Assembly (NCBI GenBank): GCA_965240325.2
Contig: OZ251225.1
Span: 434,001-498,000 of the forward strand
Length of the DNA: 64,000 bases
DNA from: Rebecca billardiae RCC1528
Taxonomy: Eukaryota > Protista > Haptophyta
Direction: 5' to 3'
The notes under the pieces were generated by a model. It made no database searches, had not been told where the DNA came from, and saw only the letters and a program-made list of their open reading frames with translations. Position numbers and translations under genes: made by a program. Shown here in pieces: positions 55,228 through 64,000 of this stretch (the stretch's first letter is position 1; every line of letters starts with the position of its first letter).

Positions 55228-56349
55228 ATGGTTGGCGCGCGCCTCACGGACGATGGGCCGCCTCCCGGGGTCTCAGCGCAAGGTGGTGTGCTCGTCGTGC
55301 CCGCTATCTCGGCGGCCAACGTGCCGCAGCTCGCTGTCGACCTGCTCGCGCACACGATGTCGTCTGCCGGCGGCGCTGCGCGCGGTGTCGTGCCGATGCA
55401 CGACGACGCTGTCCTCCCCGCAGTGGGGGTGGATGTGCTCGGCCCGTCCGCCCCGCGCTCAGCGGCGCCCGACGCAGCCTCCGCCGCGGAGGGCGTGCTG
55501 CACACCGCGCTCGAGCTGTACACCCTCAGCGCCGCGCGCGCAGACACGGCCTCCCCTGAGCGAGGGGCCGCCCCCGGCGCTGTCCATGCGCTGCAGCTGC
55601 ACGCGCCCGTCGCGCCGGGCCGCGGGCCTGCCTTCGCCGAGCGCACCGTGCGCTGGACGTCGCACGCCCTGGGCTGCCGCCTCCTCCTGCTGCTACACTC
55701 GGAGCACCCCGAGCAGACCGGCGCTGGCACGGGCGCGCTGCCCGTGCCGCCGGCCGAGCTGATGGGCGGCGTGGGCGGCGGCGGCGCCTTCGCATACCCG
55801 CACCCCACGCCCCCGGGCATGGGCCCCGGCGGCGTGCCGACAGGCCCCGCCGGCGGCGCGGGCATGCGCTGGGCGCTCGGCGGCGCAGCCGCGCGCACGC
55901 CCATGCCCGACGCCCTCGCCGCTCTCGTGCGCACCACCGCTCAGGTGAGCCGCGCTGAGGGCTGGGAGGCGGTGGGAGAGGCGGCGATGCGCGCCGCGGC
56001 TGTGGCGAGCGGGGGCCCGGCAGCCGCCGCGCCGCAGGCGGGGGGCGATCGTCTCGACCCGGGGGCGGCCGACGCGACGCTCGCAGGCTGGCTCGCCGCC
56101 GCCGCCGCCGCCCCCGAGGACGGCGCCCCGCTCGCCGTGGTCGCGCTCAGCCTGCCGGTCGTGGAGGGCAGCGGCACCAACCTGCACGATGCGGCGCTGC
56201 TGGCGAGCGCGGCATCGGCTCTGCTGGCGGCGGCGCAGGGGCAGGCGGGGGCGGAAGGCGCGCCGGGCGCGAAGGGGAGCGCGGAGCCGTTGCGCCGCCG
56301 CTCGCCCGCCGAGTGGGTGCCACCGCCCACGTGGGCGCACCTGCTGTGA
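55228..56349 (+). CDS. PSMG2: Proteasome assembly chaperone 2 (PAC2)
   Basis: LVVPAISAANVPQLAVDLL, LPAVG, ALELY, EG...N..DA..LA, and terminal WVPPPTWAHL. Confidence 0.78.
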   Translation: MVGARLTDDGPPPGVSAQGGVLVVPAISAANVPQLAVDLLAHTMSSAGGAARGVVPMHDDAVLPAVGVDVLGPSAPRSAAPDAASAAEGVLHTALELYTLSAARADTASPERGAAPGAVHALQLHAPVAPGRGPAFAERTVRWTSHALGCRLLLLLHSEHPEQTGAGTGALPVPPAELMGGVGGGGAFAYPHPTPPGMGPGGVPTGPAGGAGMRWALGGAAARTPMPDALAALVRTTAQVSRAEGWEAVGEAAMRAAAVASGGPAAAAPQAGGDRLDPGAADATLAGWLAAAAAAPEDGAPLAVVALSLPVVEGSGTNLHDAALLASAASALLAAAQGQAGAEGAPGAKGSAEPLRRRSPAEWVPPPTWAHLL

Positions 56350-56836
56350 ATAGGCGGCCCTGCCGCTACTTCACGACGATCCGAGTCGACAGTCGTCTGA
56401 GAGTCTGAGACAGAGTTGCAGTCGCAGCGTCCCGGCCACGCGCAGCGTGGCCGTGGCCAGTGGGCCACCGACACGGTTGTGGGCTGACGCGTGCCGCTTG
56501 CGGCCACGCCGACTGATCGTAACCATCTCAGCCTCATCAGGCGCCACAGCGCCAGCGCAGCGGACGAATGGCGCCGCCTGCCGGGCGACGGTGCAGTCTG
56601 AGCTTGATGCTGTAGATATAAACATTGATGCTGGCGCGCATCATCAACTACTTACTACTACTATTGTACTCGTCGGAAGCCTGCTGCGTCAAGCTGCGTG
56701 CTTCGTCGGACCGCTGACACCATTAATCGGGCGCCGGGCTGCTGAATCCGAAGGACGCGAGACCGTCCGGGGCAGGCACGGCCACAGACTGATGAGCTGC
56801 GCGACGCAGAGGACACGCGCATCCGCCGCGCCCGTC

Positions 56837-57934
56837 TCAGTTTGGTGCGATGAAGCGGCCGTCGTCGTAGACCACCCACTGCGGCTCGGACCGGTCCGCC
56901 CCGCCGAGGTCGTCCGCGCGCGCGGGCGGGTACGGGATCCCCGGCCAGCGCTGCTCGGCAGGCGGTGCGACCGGGTGCAGTCGGTTGAACCAGCAGCTCT
57001 CTCGAGCGGCCACGGGCCACGCGGCGATGGCAGTGACGAGATTGCGGTGCAGCCTCGCGTCTAGCCTCGCGCTCTCGTGCGCGTACAGCGTCTCGCCGTA
57101 GTCCGTGAGGCAGAGCACAAAGCGGTAGCCGCGCGCCGCGAGCAGCTGGCGCAGCGGCGCCGGCGGCCGCTCGACCGTGAGCAGCGTGAAGCGGTATGCG
57201 TCGAAGGGGAAGCGGCGCAGCGCGAGGTACTCGGCGCCCTCGATGTCGAGCGAGAGGTAGTCCACGAGCCGCGGCGCGCGCGTCACGCGCAAGATCGACT
57301 CGAGCGTCGCCGTGCGGAACTGCGCCGAGTGCGCTGGCGGCACATCGGCGTAGGACGCGCTGGGCAGGAGGGTGGGGCCGTCCTCGAGCGTGGAGATGCG
57401 GCCGATGCCCGCCTGCAGCGTCATGCCCACGGACGCGTCCGGCGAGTCGGAGACGGCCGCAGCGACGAGCTGACACCGCCGGCGCGCCAGGTCCCACAGG
57501 TACGCCGGGTTCGCCTCGACGCACACGCCGCGCCACCCCCACTCCGTCTCGAGCCGGAACGTGTTCGAGAACACGCGCGCGTCGTTCGCGGCCAGGTCGA
57601 CGAAGAAGCCGCGTCGGTGCAGCGTGCCGTTGAGAATGCGGGCCACGAGCATGTCCTGGCCGCTCTGCGACTTGGCCTGCGGCGTGCGCTCCAGCTGCTG
57701 CGAGCCCACGTAGAAGAGCACTGGCTTGTACCCGCGGCTGCGGTGGCCACGGCTGCTGCCGAGCAGATCCTTGCCGCCGCCGGCGACGTCGGCGGCGGGG
57801 AGGGTGCGCTCGTAGGTGCGCTCGTGGTGAAGCTCGGCGGACGTTGTCAGCGCGAACACGACAACCATGCATCCCAGGGCCACGACGAGGCTGATGGCGA
57901 CTCTCGTCACGTTCGCCGGCGCGCGAGACGCCAT
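56837..57934 (-). CDS. FkbM-family (Methyltransf_21) methyltransferase, type II membrane protein
   Basis: SQSGQD, GFFVDLAAND, SNTFRLE..WGWRGVCVEANP, VDYLSLDIEGAE; N-terminal TM helix. Confidence 0.88.
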   Translation of the reverse strand: MASRAPANVTRVAISLVVALGCMVVVFALTTSAELHHERTYERTLPAADVAGGGKDLLGSSRGHRSRGYKPVLFYVGSQQLERTPQAKSQSGQDMLVARILNGTLHRRGFFVDLAANDARVFSNTFRLETEWGWRGVCVEANPAYLWDLARRRCQLVAAAVSDSPDASVGMTLQAGIGRISTLEDGPTLLPSASYADVPPAHSAQFRTATLESILRVTRAPRLVDYLSLDIEGAEYLALRRFPFDAYRFTLLTVERPPAPLRQLLAARGYRFVLCLTDYGETLYAHESARLDARLHRNLVTAIAAWPVAARESCWFNRLHPVAPPAEQRWPGIPYPPARADDLGGADRSEPQWVVYDDGRFIAPN

Positions 57935-58198
57935 CGTTGCATCTACGTACGTAAATCTTCATCGCGAGACTTTCGACGCGACCCTCTGCACACGTGGTGG
58001 GTCCGGCAATCTCGACGAAATCCGGGCCGGCGGTTGGAGCGCTCGCGCAGAGGTAGAACGATGCGCGGCGCAGCTCAGAGCTGCGCTGCAGCAGAGGCTG
58101 GAGATCTGCTCGGGGCTTCACCCAACGCCCGCTGAGTCCATCATCGGCCGGGCGCCGGGAGTCGCGCAGGCGCTGCCGGATCGCTTGGGTCTGACGGC

Positions 58199-60070
58199 AT
58201 GAGCGGGCGCTCAGCCGTCGCTATCGCGATGGGCGTGGTGGTCCTCGTGCTCGCCGCCAACCTGGCGTATCGGCCCACGGAGAACACGTGGCTGAGCGCG
58301 CCGGAGCACGAGGCGGTGGCGATGCACCGTGGCGCCGACCAGAGCGCGCTCTCGGTGGCGGTGAGCCAGCAGCCCAAGGTGTTCTCAGACGAGCGCGCCA
58401 AGTGCGCCCTCACGTGGCGGCCGGGCCTCGTGCCGCGCGTGCCCCCGAGCTCCCGGACCGCGTGGCTCGGCGCGGCCGGCCGGCAGCGCGATCGGCTCGA
58501 CCGCTTCTTTGCAAAGCTGCTGCGCGGCGAGAAGGTGACGCTCTACTTCCTGGGCGAGTCTGTGACGCGTGGGTCGGGGGCGGACCACACGTGCCTTACC
58601 TGCTCTCGCACCCCCGGCGCCGAGCCCCCGGACGTCGACGTGCACAGATGGATCGACCGGCGGGTCGTGGGCGACTTTGACGAGGCGTGCGCGCCGCCGC
58701 CCGACCGCGACTCGTACAAGCGGTGCTCGCGGGTCGAGGGGACGAACGACTGCCCGGCGAACGCGACGGTGTGCTTCCCGCGCAACTCGTGGCGCTGCCT
58801 CATGATCCACTGGCTCGAGAACGCCTTCCCCGGCCAGATCGAGTTCCGGATCTCGGCGAAGCCGCTGCTGTTCATGGCGTCGTGCTTTGCGCGCTCGCTC
58901 GCCAACATCGACCTGATCGTGCACGAGTACGCGGTGAACGGCGGCGGGCGGATGCTCTGCCTGCAGGAGCGGATCATCCGCGCGGCGCTGCTCGGCGCGA
59001 AGCAGCCCGCCGTGCTCATGCTCCTCTGGATGCCCAAGCACTACCGGCCGCCGCCGCCGGTGAGCATCATGACGCAAGTGCAGGACGGCCTGCGCTCGCT
59101 GGGCGTGCACTACAACCTGCCGACGCTCTGCATGACGGAGGCGTTCAAGAACCAGTGCGCGGCGAACGAGACGTGGTGCTACACGCGCGACCTCTCGCTC
59201 GGCGGGCAGGGCTTCCTCCACGCCGACATGTACCACCCCAACCGCGACGGCCACGCGTACTTTGCCGCGCACATCGTCGAGCTGCTCGAGCGCACGCTCA
59301 CAGAGGCGATCGCGGCCAACGCGGCCACGGCCGACCTCTCGCAGCCGCTGCTCTCGTCGCTGCCCAAGCCGCTGCACGAGCTCAACCGCGGGCTGGACAA
59401 CAGCGCGGAGGGCGGGAAGAACCTGTGCCTCGGCGTCGACGAGATGGAGTCACTCGCCCGCGTCAACCGCGGCTGGCAGCAGGTGACCGAGATGACCAAG
59501 GCGGGCGTGAAGCGACTGCCCGCGCTGCAGACGGACGCGGCCGAGTCCACCATCGAGTGGACGCTCGACGTGCGCGGCGTGATCTGGCTGATCATCACGT
59601 ACATGCAGTCGTACGCGGGCTTCGCCGCGGCGGACGTGCAGTGTGTCTCGGGCTGCACGTGCACGCTCCACGCGCACCAGGCGTCCGCTGACGTGGATGG
59701 CGTCAGCGCGGAGGACGCGGGCGTCTTCTCGCGCGACGGGCACAACATCATCAACGCGACCCACCCCAAGTCACGCACCTCCGAGCCGCAGTGGCGCATC
59801 CTCGACCTCGCCGGCCAGACGGAGCGGTGCAAGGTGCGCATCACGACCAGGTCGCCGGGCAAGTTCAAGCTGATGCTGCTCTCGCTCATCCGCGTCGGCA
59901 ACGTCGCGGAGGGCTCGACGTCGACGCGCGACGCGCAGCAGGCGCTCATGTGCTTCGGCGTGCACGACTCGGAGGGCTCGCGCGGGCACGGGATGATCAA
60001 GACGGGCGAGCGCCTGCGCTGGGACAACTTTGGGCTCGACGAGACGTACGACTACACGAAGGACCACTGA
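58199..60070 (+). CDS. SGNH-hydrolase-like type II membrane/secreted protein
   Basis: LYFLGESVTRG (block I Ser), DLIVHEYAVN (block III Asn), DMYHPNRDGH (block V DxxH); N-terminal TM helix. Confidence 0.75.
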   Translation: MSGRSAVAIAMGVVVLVLAANLAYRPTENTWLSAPEHEAVAMHRGADQSALSVAVSQQPKVFSDERAKCALTWRPGLVPRVPPSSRTAWLGAAGRQRDRLDRFFAKLLRGEKVTLYFLGESVTRGSGADHTCLTCSRTPGAEPPDVDVHRWIDRRVVGDFDEACAPPPDRDSYKRCSRVEGTNDCPANATVCFPRNSWRCLMIHWLENAFPGQIEFRISAKPLLFMASCFARSLANIDLIVHEYAVNGGGRMLCLQERIIRAALLGAKQPAVLMLLWMPKHYRPPPPVSIMTQVQDGLRSLGVHYNLPTLCMTEAFKNQCAANETWCYTRDLSLGGQGFLHADMYHPNRDGHAYFAAHIVELLERTLTEAIAANAATADLSQPLLSSLPKPLHELNRGLDNSAEGGKNLCLGVDEMESLARVNRGWQQVTEMTKAGVKRLPALQTDAAESTIEWTLDVRGVIWLIITYMQSYAGFAAADVQCVSGCTCTLHAHQASADVDGVSAEDAGVFSRDGHNIINATHPKSRTSEPQWRILDLAGQTERCKVRITTRSPGKFKLMLLSLIRVGNVAEGSTSTRDAQQALMCFGVHDSEGSRGHGMIKTGERLRWDNFGLDETYDYTKDH

Positions 60071-62519
60071 CTGACTGAGGTGACGTGCGCGCGCCTCACC
60101 AGGACTCAGGACTCACTCCGAACGAAGGAGCAGCGGCGGACCGACCGTGGTTATAATGCGTCTAGATGGCAACGTGTCCGCACGCGTGACGCGACGACGG
60201 CGCTCGGTACAATATAATAATTGTCTAATGTAGTCGGCTGTCCCGCCGTGAACTCGTCCGCCGCCTATGCCTACAGTGGGCGCGCCGTCGGAGACGGAGT
60301 GTCGCCTGTCGCCCTGTCGGAACGGTGACAGCTGCTCAATCTTAGACGACAATAACCCATCGCGGCGCGTCATCCGACGGCGGACGGTCACTCGTCGGAC
60401 TTAACGGTCCGACGACGCGTCTAGCTCACTCTGACTCTCATCCGCTCTTCCGCGCCGCCGCTGTCTCCGCATATTAACTAGAGCAGGGTCAACGCCCACT
60501 GCATAGCTAGTGGGGTACGTGTGGCCCGCCAAAATCCAAGAACTTTCTGTCGTCGGCTTGAGATGAGGCTCTCAAACTGCGTCGGGCGGATGTCAATATT
60601 CGCCTGAAATGACCTGCCACCTGGGCCTGTTGGCTGTTCCGGTGGTACGACTACCGAGTACCGGGCGGAAATTTATCCGCCGCGGAAACTCCGGCGGCTG
60701 CTCAGATTTAGCCCTGACGGGACTCCCGGACAGTTCCGATGCCGTGCGCGCTTGGTTGGTGCCATGGTGGCCAGCGGCGGCAGCTGGCTCCAGCTTCGGT
60801 CCACCCCCCTATGGCCCTTAAGCTCCATACTGTACGGCGGCATAGCATCTTGGGGCCCTCGGGCCGAAAGCATCCAAACGGACCATGCAGTGCAGTCCCA
60901 TCCAACCTCCCGGATTGATGCGGATTCGAGCATTCGAGGACGGAGCTTTTGCGGGCATATGCATCATCCGACCACCTCGGACCAATAGGTTCAGACTCAT
61001 CAATTTTTACTATGAATTTACCCATCATCCTTACCCAGGTTTTAGCACGGTCCGGGAATGACCCGGATACCTCAATACTACCCGCGGCATATGCAAAAAT
61101 ACTACCACCGTCCACCGAACCGGGTAATTGGTCGTAGAAATAGAGTCTTCTATTGAGTATTGTCAGAGGTGCTGTGGCCTGTGGCTGATGAGTGATGTCC
61201 AACTCGGCTGATCCGTTATCGTCCAAGGCTTCACCAAGGGATATGGCCTGTCAGGTGGTATGTCTGGCTGGGAGCTATTGCAGATCACCAGAGGCCGGCG
61301 GCGATCCCGTCGATTTGCGTCTCATGCAAGATGCAACGCTACAGTGACCGGACTCAGGTGGGTGGACCGGAGCTGTACGGCCAGCCTGCTTGCGCGGGGC
61401 GTCCCGAGCCCCCTCGGGGCTCAGCTCCAGACTCTCGGTCTGCACACGCCGGCAGTGTAAGCAGCCGGCCGGGGCCGCCGTCCTGACCGTACTGCCAATG
61501 CCAGTCGGACAGGTCGACACGGCAGACCGTGCTAGTGCATTCGGCAGAGTCAGAGTGGGGACTGGGGAGTGGGGTCAGAGGCTCAGAGCCCCGGGCCCGG
61601 CCGACCGCGCTGTCGCACACCCCTACTCAGGCCCTACTCCCTAACAGCGCTCGCTGCAAACTGCCCAGTCTGAAACTGGCACGTAAGCGCCTCAGGCACA
61701 CTTCGAGCTCGATCAGACGAAGTGTTCCGTTACCGTACTTTGCCTAACACGGTACGGCCCTCTTCCAACGGATCCGTGTAGCTAGTAGTAGTACCGCTTA
61801 GTCGTAAGTGAGACGTGAGTTCAGGGACCTCGTTGCTCTCATTCGGGGGATTTTGGCGCCGGCTGGGTGCTCTGACCCATCTTTTTATGCCGCACACCAA
61901 GGCCGCACGGCTGGCATCGCCTCCTCACGGGCCTTTTAGCCGTCGTCAGCCGCCTGTCTTTGGAGACGCGGGCCACGGGCACGCCGCACGGGCACGGCGG
62001 GGCGCACCAATCACCATGTCCATTGGTTGGCATTCCACTTGAGCCTTTGGTAGTAGGCGTGATCATCCCAGCCACCTCGCACAGCACGGTGTCGTGTGAC
62101 ATGCTCATCGATACGACTTCTACGACGGCATACTGACTCTCCCGCATACTGTAGCATTCGGCCCGGACTGCGAATGATGAGTGTCTGAGTGACGACTGAA
62201 GTCGAGATAGGTTGATGTCGGAGGGCGGGCGCGCGGGCGGGCGGGGCGAGTAGATCAGTAGAAGGTCTGTATCTCCCGGGATCTCGGCATGAACAAGCGC
62301 TTTCGTGGCTTCGGCAAGTCAGCTCGCCGACTCCCCTTGGCTCGCCCGACGCCGGGCGACGCGGGCGCTCGGCTCGCTGGCGAGCGCCCGTGCGGGCGTG
62401 CGCGCGCCGCCTCGCGTCGCTTCGCCCAGCTCGCCGCGAGTGCGCAACAAGGCCGCTCGTGGGGGGCCACGCGCAGCGCCTTTGCGACGCCCGCCGGTGC
62501 GCGTCGCGGCTGATCGCGG

Positions 62520-64000
62520 ATGGAGGACGACGAGCCGCATGCGCAGTCGTTTGAGGCGGGCTGCCCCGGCTGCGGCTCGACCCACCGCTTCACCCGGCCC
62601 CGGCCAGACGCGACGCGCGTGCAGCTGCGCTGCAAGCAGTGCGCCAAGGACTTTGACGCCGACCTCCCGGCCGAGGACGTGGCGAATGACGAGAGCGACG
62701 ATGGCGCTGAGGCGGCGGCGCCGCGTGCGGACACGCCGCGAGTGCCGCCCGGCGACGACACCGACGCCGTCCGCCAGACCTACGCGCTCCGACCCGATCG
62801 CACGTTGCGGCATGATCGCATGCTCCGCCAGCGCGCGCCGCCCGCCGCGGTACCGCCCGTTGCGGTCGCGCCGCCGGCCGCCAAGCCGGCGGGTGCGGCG
62901 TGTGGCGCGCACCTGGGCAAGTGCGGCCAGCCCGACTGCCTGTCGCGCCGCGTGGGCGCCTCGGCCATCGGCTGGCACCTCGACGTGCTCCGCTCGACGC
63001 CGGGCGCTCGGAGCGGCAGCCCGCAGTGGATGGCCGCCGTCGTCGTCGACTTCGACGCGCGGAGCTGCGCGCACCGGCTGTACTACCCCGCGGCGGAGCA
63101 CGCGAGCCCGTGGTACGAGCCGTCGCGCTGCCTGGGCGCGCCCTCGGTGCGCGTCGTCTCCAAGTCCGCGGGCGCGCGCAGCACGCAGTGGCTGTTTGAC
63201 TGCAGCTGCGGCGTGCGCTTTCAGCCCGCGCACGGCTTCGACGTGGCGGTGGACGAGGCGCTCGGGCAGTGCGCGCAGTGCCTGGCGTGGCTGCACATCG
63301 CGTGCGCGCAGCCGAGCCCCTCGCCGGCGCACGCCGCCGGCGTCGGGGGCGGCGCGCCATCCGCGGCCGCGCTGGGCGCGCGCGCGGGCGGCGCGGCCGC
63401 GGGCGCGCCGCCCGCGCGCAACGGCTTGTCCGCGCCGTCCGCGCCGCCCGCCGCTCTGCTCTGCGCGACGTGCGCGGGTGCGCTGCGCGAGCCGTCGGGC
63501 TCGCGAGCCGGGCGCACGCCGACGCCCGCCCCCACCGCACCGCCGAGCGCCGCGCCGCCACTCTGCCTGCCGGCCTCGGCGCGGCCGCCGCCGTGCGCGT
63601 TCGCGCCCGAGTCGGACTGCATGAGCGACGCCGAGCAACGCGCGGCGCGGCTGGAGGGCGTGGTCGCGCCCGGCGTGCTGCGGCCGCGGCGCGCGGCGCA
63701 CGCGTGCCAGGCGCGGGCGTGCATGTTCGCGAGCGGCGTGTGGGGCCGGCAGCACGGCGAGTGCGCCGTCACGTGCCTCGGCGCCGCGCGCGCCGACGGC
63801 GAGCGCGGCTGCGCGCGCCGCATTCACCTCGCGTGCCTCGTGCGCGAGGCGCTGCTCGCCCAGCGGGAGCTGCAGCTGCGCGCCGGGCTGGCGGAGCGCA
63901 CGGGGATAGAGCTCACGCTGGACGAGTGGACGGCGGCGGGCGGGCTGGTCAGCGCGACGCACGCGCCGCCGCCGGGCGCGTGCCCCGTCTTCCAGTGGCG
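62520..64000 (+). CDS. PHD/zinc-finger chromatin-reader-like protein, 5' part (runs off the right edge)
   Basis: Absent from the ORF track. From ATG 62520: CPGC...CKQC zinc ribbon, Tudor-like WMAAVVVDFD...HRLYY, PHD-like DCSCG...QCAQCLAWLHIAC...LLCATC, and a second C...C...IHLAC cluster. Confidence 0.72.
   Translation, partial: MEDDEPHAQSFEAGCPGCGSTHRFTRPRPDATRVQLRCKQCAKDFDADLPAEDVANDESDDGAEAAAPRADTPRVPPGDDTDAVRQTYALRPDRTLRHDRMLRQRAPPAAVPPVAVAPPAAKPAGAACGAHLGKCGQPDCLSRRVGASAIGWHLDVLRSTPGARSGSPQWMAAVVVDFDARSCAHRLYYPAAEHASPWYEPSRCLGAPSVRVVSKSAGARSTQWLFDCSCGVRFQPAHGFDVAVDEALGQCAQCLAWLHIACAQPSPSPAHAAGVGGGAPSAAALGARAGGAAAGAPPARNGLSAPSAPPAALLCATCAGALREPSGSRAGRTPTPAPTAPPSAAPPLCLPASARPPPCAFAPESDCMSDAEQRAARLEGVVAPGVLRPRRAAHACQARACMFASGVWGRQHGECAVTCLGAARADGERGCARRIHLACLVREALLAQRELQLRAGLAERTGIELTLDEWTAAGGLVSATHAPPPGACPVFQW

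Overview
A very GC-rich eukaryotic nuclear window; it is not prokaryotic. An LPA1/DUF3493 protein with a signal-plus-transit presequence and short GC-rich spliceosomal introns suggest an alga with a complex plastid, plausibly a haptophyte (inference). About 24 protein genes can be supported. They include ketopantoate reductase, FAM192A/Fyv6, PABPN1, a bacterial-type DUF6605 (dimethylformamidase beta-subunit family) secreted protein, LPA1-like, cytochrome b5-acyl-CoA dehydrogenase, an F-box/27-aa ankyrin-like protein, anoctamin, HAS1/DDX18, RNase Z, ARL5, a class I/II aminotransferase, RPC7, GSH1, a sulfotransferase-like protein, a cyclic-nucleotide PDE, a PPR protein, PSMG2, an FkbM methyltransferase, an SGNH-like protein and a PHD protein. 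Many form tight head-to-head pairs, separated by AT-richer spacers full of mobile-element debris. That debris includes a very young 1.5 kb non-autonomous Copia-type LTR element (identical 304 bp LTRs, PBS, PPT, 5 bp TSD) and several MITEs. It also includes a retroposon-like insertion whose empty site is visible elsewhere in the window, and a modular repeat with TIRs that brackets two genes. A pseudogene cluster lies at 21-25 kb. Repeat copies diverge largely by 2-12 nt micro-insertions. No rRNA, tRNA or CRISPR array was found. All gene models were derived by eye and are unvalidated.
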